Assembly: GCA_002726235.1 (NCBI GenBank)
Contig: PBSN01000004.1
Span: forward strand, 1-37,278
DNA: 37,278 nt
Source: Nitrospiraceae bacterium
Lineage (GTDB): Bacteria > Nitrospirota > Nitrospiria > Nitrospirales > UBA2166
Direction: 5' to 3'
Below, piece after piece: positions 30,504-37,278 of the stretch. The first letter of the stretch is position 1. Each line of letters begins with the position of its first letter. The notes under the pieces are model-generated. The model had not been told where the DNA came from. It saw nothing but the letters and a program-made list of their open reading frames with translations, and ran no database searches. The translations under genes were made by a program, and so were the position numbers.

Positions 30504-31601
30504 ATGAAAAAACGAGACTGTGGTGTGATTGTGCTCCTATTGAGTTCGACGTTTTTTCTTTTCTCCTGTGCCGCGACTTTCTCCTGTGTTACGACGCCCT
30601 CTTTTTCAACGGATACCGCAAATGCCACTGTTAGTCAGCCGAAACAGGAGCGTCATCTTGCCAACATCCGACAATTAACGTTTGGTGGCCAAAACGCTGA
30701 AGCGTACTTTTCTCACGATGGAACGAAACTGATCTTCCAGTCCAAGAGTGGGGGGAATGGGTGCGATCAAATCTATACCATGGATCTCAATGGCCAGTCA
30801 GTGCAGATGGTGAGCACTGGGCATGGGGCGACTACCTGTTCATTTTTTTCCCCTAATCAACCGAGACTGCTCTTTTCCTCGACACATGAAGCTGGAGAGG
30901 CCTGCCCTCCGAAACCGGATCGCAGTCGCGGGTATGCGTGGGCACTGCATCCTAGTTATCACATATACACTGCCGACCTTGATGGTGGAAATCTGAAGCG
31001 CATTACACATGATGGCCAATATAATGCCGAGGGAGCCTACTCCCCAGATGGCACAAAAATTGTCTTTACTTCTCATCGTGATAATGATCTCGACATCTAT
31101 ACCATGAGTAATGATGGCAGCAACATAACCAGGCTGACGACTGCTTACGGATATGATGGTGGCCCCTTCTTTTCATGGTCGGGAAACTACATTGTCTATC
31201 GATCATTTCATCCAAAAACTGATGCTGAACGCGAGTCTTATCGCGAAGACCTTACGAACAACATTTTTCGTCCAAGCTGGTTGGAGCTGTTCGTTATGGC
31301 GATGGATGGGAGCGACAATCGTCAGGTGACGAATTTAGGCGCCGCGACCTTCGCGCCATTTCTGCATCCAAATGATAGGCAGATTATCTTCTCCTCCAAT
31401 CATGGTGATCCAAAGGGCCGGAAGTTTTCATTGTTTCTTGTGAACGTTGATGGAACAGGGTTGGAGCAGGTCACATTTGAAAATGGATTTGCCAGCTTCC
31501 CGATGTTCTCACCCGATGGCAGTAAACTCGTTTTTGTCTCATCTCGTAATGCAAAATCACCGCGTGAATTTAATGTATTCCTTGCCGATTGGGTTCCCTA
31601 A
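30504..31601 (+). CDS. TolB-like PD40 beta-propeller lipoprotein
   Basis: Lipobox LFSC; QLTFGGQNAEAYFS, repeated (F/Y)SPDGxKIVF motifs. Confidence 0.88.
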   Translation: MKKRDCGVIVLLLSSTFFLFSCAATFSCVTTPSFSTDTANATVSQPKQERHLANIRQLTFGGQNAEAYFSHDGTKLIFQSKSGGNGCDQIYTMDLNGQSVQMVSTGHGATTCSFFSPNQPRLLFSSTHEAGEACPPKPDRSRGYAWALHPSYHIYTADLDGGNLKRITHDGQYNAEGAYSPDGTKIVFTSHRDNDLDIYTMSNDGSNITRLTTAYGYDGGPFFSWSGNYIVYRSFHPKTDAERESYREDLTNNIFRPSWLELFVMAMDGSDNRQVTNLGAATFAPFLHPNDRQIIFSSNHGDPKGRKFSLFLVNVDGTGLEQVTFENGFASFPMFSPDGSKLVFVSSRNAKSPREFNVFLADWVP

Positions 31602-31759
31602 TGAGGATGGTGAACACATTCACTAGTGGTGTTGGCTCTTCAGCCTAGGCCGTCTATTATTCTGGATATTCTAGACGGACCATGTCGTTGCTCGTTTCGT
31701 AGGTGGGGTAGGTTCGTTCGTTGCGAGTTAGGTGATAGACCAAATTTGGCCCACCCAAT

Positions 31760-32386
31760 ATGACGGTCAAACAGCAGGCCCTGCTTGTTGCGCTCTTCAT
31801 TTTGACTCTGGGCGTGGCATGGTTTTTCCCTCAGGCTCTTGATCTCCCTGTTCATCACGCGCTTCAAACTGTTCACAATCCTCTGGCAGAGCAAATGTGG
31901 GATGGAGTCGCCCATTTAGGTAATGGATGGGTGGTTGTGCCAGTCTGTTTCGTATTTGCCGGACTCGGTTATTGGTGGCGCTGGGAACTGATTCAGCAAG
32001 TCGGGCTTCGCTGTCTTGGATCCTATGCCATTTCTGGTGCCGCCGCGCAAGGATTCAAACATCTCTTGGGGCGTCCGCGTCCGCGTATTATGGAGGATCC
32101 AACCGCACAATGGGGTCCATCCTTCGCCGGTGGTTTCGATGCTTTTCCGTCCGGGCATACGACTTGCGCGTTTGCGCTTGCAGTAGTGCTCTCACATACT
32201 TATCCACGATGGCGCATTATGTTCTTCATCCTCGCCTGTCTGGTCGCGATGGCGCGGGTCGTTCGGGGGTCGCACTGGGTTACCGATGTGGTCGCCGGCG
32301 CATTACTTGGTATCATGTGCGGCTTGTGGATAGCGACGTTAAAATTGAGACTGCGGCTTCCACACGTACCAACACCCCCGGCATGA
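31760..32386 (+). CDS. PAP2 family membrane phosphatase
   Basis: KxxxGRPRP, FPSGH, ARVVRGSHWVTDV. Confidence 0.92.
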   Translation: MTVKQQALLVALFILTLGVAWFFPQALDLPVHHALQTVHNPLAEQMWDGVAHLGNGWVVVPVCFVFAGLGYWWRWELIQQVGLRCLGSYAISGAAAQGFKHLLGRPRPRIMEDPTAQWGPSFAGGFDAFPSGHTTCAFALAVVLSHTYPRWRIMFFILACLVAMARVVRGSHWVTDVVAGALLGIMCGLWIATLKLRLRLPHVPTPPA

Positions 32387-32464
32387 AATTGCCCCAATCC
32401 CCTGCGCAAAAAGATGAGGCTCTGGGCGCAAGGTGAAGGGAGATCAAAAGTTCGAGTTCCTTCA

Positions 32465-32494
32465 TTGTCATAAGCATCTCGTCCCACGTAGAAT
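32465..32494 (+). promoter_or_regulatory. sigma70-type promoter for tal
   Basis: TTGTCA - 18 nt - TAGAAT. Confidence 0.5.
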
Positions 32495-32547
32495 GAGCTG
32501 ATTGGCTACAGGTTATTTACTCGGACTCTCATTCTTGGAGGATGCGC

Positions 32548-33192
32548 ATGAAGCTTTTTCTGGATACTGGAATCGTTGATGAAATCAAGGCAGCGAATGC
32601 CCTTGGCATCTTGGATGGGGTCACCACCAATCCCTCCCTTGTTGCGAAAACCGGGACCAAACACGAAGATCTTCTTAAAGAGATCTGTGGAATCGTCGAT
32701 GGGCCGATTAGCGCGGAAGTGCTGAGCGTGACTGCTCCTGAAATGCTGAAAGAAGGGCGCGAACTGGCAAAAATTCACGATAATATTGTGGTCAAGTGCC
32801 CCCTTATCCCAGAGGGATTAAAAGCCACCAAGCAGTTTGCCTCCGAGGGTATTAGGGTGAACGTGACACTGTGTTTTTCTCCAACGCAAGCGCTCCTCGC
32901 TGCAAAAGCCGGAGCTTGGTGCGTAAGTCCATTTATCGGCCGTCTCGATGATGTGAGTACTGAGGGTATAAATCTGATTGACCAGATCGTGACCATCTTT
33001 CACAACTACGACTATGAGACCCAGGTCCTCGTGGCTAGTGTCCGCCATCCACAACATGTGGTTGATGCGGCCATGATTGGCGGAGATATCTGCACCATGC
33101 CATTTGGAATTTTTAATCAGTTGGTAAAACATCCGCTCACGGACATTGGCCTAGAGAAATTTCTAGCCGACGCGAAAAACCGGAAACTCTGA
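32548..33192 (+). CDS. tal: Transaldolase (short FSA/TalC type)
   Basis: [17 protein letters not shown]; the SAEV Glu and SPFIGR Phe indicate transaldolase rather than F6P aldolase. Confidence 0.93.
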   Translation: MKLFLDTGIVDEIKAANALGILDGVTTNPSLVAKTGTKHEDLLKEICGIVDGPISAEVLSVTAPEMLKEGRELAKIHDNIVVKCPLIPEGLKATKQFASEGIRVNVTLCFSPTQALLAAKAGAWCVSPFIGRLDDVSTEGINLIDQIVTIFHNYDYETQVLVASVRHPQHVVDAAMIGGDICTMPFGIFNQLVKHPLTDIGLEKFLADAKNRKL

Positions 33193-33233
33193 CACGCGGT
33201 CTCATCGAAGCACAGCTTATCATCCCATATTTA

Positions 33234-33262
33234 TTGCTTTCTTTCTGCGTTTTTGCTACATA
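33234..33262 (+). promoter_or_regulatory. sigma70-type promoter for ffh
   Basis: TTGCTT - 17 nt - TACATA with a TGn extension. Confidence 0.45.
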
Positions 33263-33328
33263 AAACAGTTGATTATCGCCATTCTGCGTTAGTTCAGAGG
33301 GGACCTCCGTCACGAAGGGAATACGAGT

Positions 33329-34684
33329 GTGCTAGAGAATATTTCACGCCGTTTTGACTCCGCCTTGCGGAAACTCAGAGGAAGAGGGGTTCTGAACGAA
33401 CAGGATGTGGCTACCTCCCTCAAAGAGATTCGTGTTGCCCTGCTCGAAGCTGACGTAAACTTCAAGATCGTCAAGAGGATCATCGAACAAATTCGAGGGC
33501 GGGCGGTTGGTCAAGATGTACTGAAGAGCCTGACCCCTGGACACCAGGTGGTCAAGATTGTGCACGAAACCCTGACGGAATTGATGGGGAGTAATCAATC
33601 GCCACTGACTGTGGCGCCCAATCCTCCGACAATCATCATGCTGGTTGGACTTCAAGGCTCAGGGAAAACCACCTCTGCTGGCAAACTCGCGCGTCATTTC
33701 CAAAAGCAAAACAAGCGCGTTCTTCTGGCGGCTGCAGATACACGTCGCCCTGCCGCGGTACAGCAGCTAGTCAGCTTGGGTGCAACGTTGGATATTTCAG
33801 TTCATCGTGATGGTACAGCATTGGAGAGTGGGCGTAGCGGTGATCCAGTTGAAATTTGTCAGTCCGCTGTCGTGCGGGCGAAAAAAGAACTTTTTGATGT
33901 TGTGCTCCTGGATACTGGGGGGCGGTTGCAGATTGATGAATCACTGATGCAGGAATTAGTAAACATTCGAGACATTGTGGATCCAAGCGAGACTTTGCTC
34001 GTTGCAGATGCGATGATGGGCCAGGAAGCCGTGTCGATTGCAGATCAATTTAATCAACAAATTGGTCTCACGGGAGTGGTACTCACCAAGATGGAGGGCG
34101 ATGCACGAGGTGGGGCAGTGCTCTCGATTAAAGAGGCAACAGGAAAACCAATCAAGTTTCTTGGGGTAGGAGAGAAGCTTGACGCACTTGAGTTGTTTCA
34201 CCCAGATCGTATGGCCTCCCGCATTTTGGGTATGGGCGATGTGCTGTCTCTCATTGACAAGGCGCGTGAAGCGGCTATCCACGATGACCTTCCGGCTGCC
34301 AAAAAGGTTTTTCGCCCTGATGCCCTCACCTTTGAAGATTTTGCGGAGCAACTCAAACAGATCACTAAAATGGGGCCGTTGGAATCAATTGTCGACATGC
34401 TTCCGGGGCGAAAAATTCTGAAGGATGACATTGATGTTAACGCCGATAAAAAGGCGATATCACGAACGATTGCGATTGTGAACTCAATGACCGTGAAAGA
34501 ACGTCGTGATCATTCCCTCTTAAGTGGGAGTCGGAAGCTTCGCATTGCTGCGGGCAGCGGGACGAGTGTGCAGGAAGTGAATCGTCTGGTGAAGCAGTTC
34601 CTGACAGCAAAGAAAATGCTCAAAAAGATGACTGGGAGGAAGGGTCAGGGGCAATTACAGATGATGATGAGACAATTGGGATAG
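33329..34684 (+). CDS. ffh: Signal recognition particle protein
   Basis: ALLEADV, GLQGSGKTT, DTGGR, GDARGG, RILGMGD, Met-rich M domain. Confidence 0.99.
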   Translation: MLENISRRFDSALRKLRGRGVLNEQDVATSLKEIRVALLEADVNFKIVKRIIEQIRGRAVGQDVLKSLTPGHQVVKIVHETLTELMGSNQSPLTVAPNPPTIIMLVGLQGSGKTTSAGKLARHFQKQNKRVLLAAADTRRPAAVQQLVSLGATLDISVHRDGTALESGRSGDPVEICQSAVVRAKKELFDVVLLDTGGRLQIDESLMQELVNIRDIVDPSETLLVADAMMGQEAVSIADQFNQQIGLTGVVLTKMEGDARGGAVLSIKEATGKPIKFLGVGEKLDALELFHPDRMASRILGMGDVLSLIDKAREAAIHDDLPAAKKVFRPDALTFEDFAEQLKQITKMGPLESIVDMLPGRKILKDDIDVNADKKAISRTIAIVNSMTVKERRDHSLLSGSRKLRIAAGSGTSVQEVNRLVKQFLTAKKMLKKMTGRKGQGQLQMMMRQLG

Positions 34685-34854
34685 TGATTCAGGTTGGGGA
34701 TCAATGGCAGAGGATCAGGAATCCATAGTCAGAGGAGATCAAGGGTTTTTCTGACAGCTGTTCCCGGCCACACCGCACAGCGCAATGTTTATATAGCTGA
34801 GCAATGTAGTGCGAAGGCGGGTATTTTAGTCGGAGTGAAGGAAAGGAGTTACAC

Positions 34855-35139
34855 ATGGCAGTCAGATTACGCTTAACGCGAGTTGGAAGGAAAAAGCGAC
34901 CCTATTATCGAGTGGTGGCCGCAGATTCGGCAATGCCTCGAGACGGCCGTTTTCTCGAAATATTGGGAACCTATGATCCGCTTCCCAATCCGTCGATATC
35001 TCAATTTAAAGAAGAACGGGTGCTGCACTGGCTCAAGAATGGTGCTCTTCCATCCGAAAGAGTGAGCCGTTTGATGAAACACGCGGGGTTGATGCAGAAG
35101 TTCGAAGAGATGAAGGGAGCGAATACCAAGGCAACATGA
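34855..35139 (+). CDS. rpsP: 30S ribosomal protein S16
   Basis: MAVRLRLTRVGRKKRPYYRVVAADS..RDGRFLE; AAGGAG SD. Confidence 0.99.
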   Translation: MAVRLRLTRVGRKKRPYYRVVAADSAMPRDGRFLEILGTYDPLPNPSISQFKEERVLHWLKNGALPSERVSRLMKHAGLMQKFEEMKGANTKAT

Positions 35140-35717
35140 CACATGCGCACTCTGCTATCCTCACACCCGCGTCTGTCGGGGTGAACGAGGAAAATACAAA
35201 TAATCTCGTGACGATTGGTGAAACCGGGCGCCCACATGGGCTCGCTGGCGAGCTGAAGATACGACCAATCGTGGATAATCCGAATCGGTTTGCCAAACTT
35301 CATCACGTCATTTTAGAGGCGCCGGATGGGAGGCGAGCGCGCTTTACCATTCGGCGCATTCGTAACCAAAATGCAGGCTGTATCGTATCTTTTCATGAGG
35401 TTACGTCGATTGAGCAGGCTGCGTTGTGGGTTCGGGCTGAAGTCAAGATCTCCCAGGATGCCCTTGAGACTCTTCCCGATGGAGAGTACTACCATTTTGA
35501 TCTCGTGGGGATGGATGTGTTCACGGAAAGCGGTGCTTGCATTGGAACCATCAAGGATATTTTTTCTACCGGGAGTAATGACGTGTTCGTTGTGAAAAAA
35601 CAGGATATAGAACATCTTATTCCCAGTACGGAGGAGATTGTTCGCCACGTTGATGTTAAGCAGAAACGTATGGTGATTCGCCCTATGGAAGGATTATTAG
35701 AGCATGATGAGGTGTGA
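35136..35717 (+). CDS. rimM: Ribosome maturation factor RimM
   Basis: IG..RPHGLAGE, LPDGEYYHFDLVG, GSNDV. Confidence 0.96.
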   Translation: MTHAHSAILTPASVGVNEENTNNLVTIGETGRPHGLAGELKIRPIVDNPNRFAKLHHVILEAPDGRRARFTIRRIRNQNAGCIVSFHEVTSIEQAALWVRAEVKISQDALETLPDGEYYHFDLVGMDVFTESGACIGTIKDIFSTGSNDVFVVKKQDIEHLIPSTEEIVRHVDVKQKRMVIRPMEGLLEHDEV

Positions 35718-36495
35718 CGTTCTTACCCTCTTCCCCTCCATGGTCGAGTCGGTGTTGGGGACTAGCATGCTGTCGTTGGCACAGGAAAAGGGATTACTGG
35801 ATGTCACTGTGGTCGACATCCGATCTTTTACACATGATCGTCATCGAACCGCTGATGATCGTCCATACGGCGGTGGTGCCGGCATGCTTCTCAAGCCTGA
35901 ACCGATTCTCGAAGCGGTTGATTCTATATGTGCGACGTGTCCTGATGTGCGTATTGTCATGACCTCTCCTCGTGGGAGGCAGTTTGACCAAGCCTATGCT
36001 CGGAATATGTGTGAAGACTCGCGGCGGCTGGTGTTTATCTGTGGGCATTACGAAGGCATTGATGAGCGTGTTCGTATGGTAATGGCGGCGGAAGGACGTG
36101 AGGTTGATGAAGTATCCATTGGTGATTATGTGTTGACAGGAGGTGAACTGGCAGCTCTTGTCATGATTGACGCATCCGTTCGATTAATTTCGGGCGTATT
36201 AGGCGATACGGATTCCGTTAAAGAAGAGTCCTTTTCAAGTACGTTGCTGGAATATGCGCAGTACACTAGACCCGTGGAGTTTCGATCAGCCCGCGTTCCG
36301 GATGTGCTCTTGTCTGGGCATCACGGTGCAATCCGCGAGTGGCGACATCGATCATCTCTTGCCAATACCTATGCGAGGCGACCTGATTTGCTTGAAAAAA
36401 AAGTACTTGCACACGACGATCAATTAATTCTCGCAGACATACAAAAGAAAGAGAGTTCTGAAAATTTGGATTCTTCAAGGAGGCTGTCATCATGA
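35704..36495 (+). CDS. trmD: tRNA (guanine37-N1)-methyltransferase
   Basis: [32 protein letters not shown]. Confidence 0.99.
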   Translation: MMRCDVLTLFPSMVESVLGTSMLSLAQEKGLLDVTVVDIRSFTHDRHRTADDRPYGGGAGMLLKPEPILEAVDSICATCPDVRIVMTSPRGRQFDQAYARNMCEDSRRLVFICGHYEGIDERVRMVMAAEGREVDEVSIGDYVLTGGELAALVMIDASVRLISGVLGDTDSVKEESFSSTLLEYAQYTRPVEFRSARVPDVLLSGHHGAIREWRHRSSLANTYARRPDLLEKKVLAHDDQLILADIQKKESSENLDSSRRLSS

Positions 36496-36944
36496 ATATG
36501 CTTGAGCGCGTTCGACAATCCCTCAAGTCAGATCACGTTCCGACGATGAAGATTGGAGACACGGTTCGCGTGCATGTGAAGATTGTAGAAGGGGAGAGAA
36601 AAAGAGTCCAAGTGTTTGAAGGCATCTTGATTGCACAGCGTGGGAGTCTTAACACTGAGACCTTTACCGTACGTAAAATTTCTCACGGGGTTGGTGTTGA
36701 ACGGATTTTTCCCGTGCATTCGCCGAATATCGAAAAAGTCGAAGTCGTCCGTCATGGGCGGGTTCGGCGTGCGAAACTCTACTATCTTCGCGATAAAAAA
36801 GGAAAAGAGGCGAAGGTGAAAGAACGAGAGTTTCGCCGTGAAGACAAATCTCTTAGCCAAGTCAAACCCTCGGTGGAGCAGGAGGAACCCACAGAGCCTG
36901 AGGAAACGGAGGCTTTAGATTCCGAGGAGGAAAAGAGTGGGTGA
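36492..36944 (+). CDS. rplS: 50S ribosomal protein L19 with acidic C-terminal extension
   Basis: [35 protein letters not shown]. Confidence 0.99.
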   Translation: MNMLERVRQSLKSDHVPTMKIGDTVRVHVKIVEGERKRVQVFEGILIAQRGSLNTETFTVRKISHGVGVERIFPVHSPNIEKVEVVRHGRVRRAKLYYLRDKKGKEAKVKEREFRREDKSLSQVKPSVEQEEPTEPEETEALDSEEEKSG

Positions 36945-37278
36945 CGTCGTTAGCTGGTGTAGAGCCTGACGGATTTTTTGAAGCCGAAGCCTATGCTAGA
37001 GGATTTCGGTATATCGCTGGTATTGATGAAGCTGGACGCGGTCCTCTTGCCGGTCCTGTCGTTGCGGCTGCCGTAGTCCTTCCACGCCAAAAGACGTTTT
37101 TGGGCCTTAAGGACTCTAAGTGCCTTTTGCCTGCGCAACGCGAACAGCTTTTCATGCAGATCTTCCATTCCGCACGTGATGTTTCTGTCGGGTATGCCAA
37201 TGCGGATGAAATTGACGCGATCGGAATTCTTCCCGCAACGCGCAATGCAATGCAACGTGCGGTTCACGGTTTGTCGGT
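36941..37278 (+). CDS. rnhB: Ribonuclease HII, 5' part (runs off the window; not in ORF track)
   Basis: Manual translation from GTG at 36941: ..[43 protein letters not shown]. Confidence 0.96.
   Translation, partial: MTSLAGVEPDGFFEAEAYARGFRYIAGIDEAGRGPLAGPVVAAAVVLPRQKTFLGLKDSKCLLPAQREQLFMQIFHSARDVSVGYANADEIDAIGILPATRNAMQRAVHGLS

Noticed and set aside
31602..31759. Hairpin CCGTCTA..TAGACGG upstream of the PAP2 gene
   Set aside because: Single stem with a large loop, no U tract and no known motif; plausibly chance.
33193..34854. SRP RNA (ffs) flanking ffh
   Set aside because: No CAGG..GGAA..AGCAG domain IV motif in either spacer.
36950..37267. Minus-strand ORFs at the right end
   Set aside because: Antisense to the clearly recognisable rnhB.

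Overview
Mostly a housekeeping chromosomal segment (roughly 50% GC by eye) from a bacterium, probably Nitrospirota. That taxon is inferred from the gatC-panD-gatA-DUF948-YtxH-gatB-eno-ftsB-era gene order, a Cys-containing ClpS and a characteristic intergenic repeat. From left to right: the 5' part of an acyl-CoA ligase; tRNA-Arg(ACG) followed by a small islet of secreted-protein genes; a long minus-strand run (DUF502, glmU, glmS, an AT-rich EthD gene, gatC, panD, gatA, DUF948, YtxH, gatB, eno, ftsB, era); tmk-holB-metG-glyoxalase-DUF1499; a cobalamin riboswitch with terminator controlling btuB-tonB-btuF-btuC-btuD-pduO and an apparently decayed cobQ; an HpnA-like epimerase, cysQ, clpS, a TolB-like lipoprotein, a PAP2 phosphatase and transaldolase; then ffh-rpsP-rimM-trmD-rplS-rnhB(partial). 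I found no CRISPR array, integrase, transposase or defence system, and I cannot claim a large novel system. The best leads are two diverged copies of a structured MITE/REP-like element inside operons, the internally deleted cobQ, a ClpS with a rewired binding pocket, and a stand-alone secreted domain of unknown function beside the tRNA.
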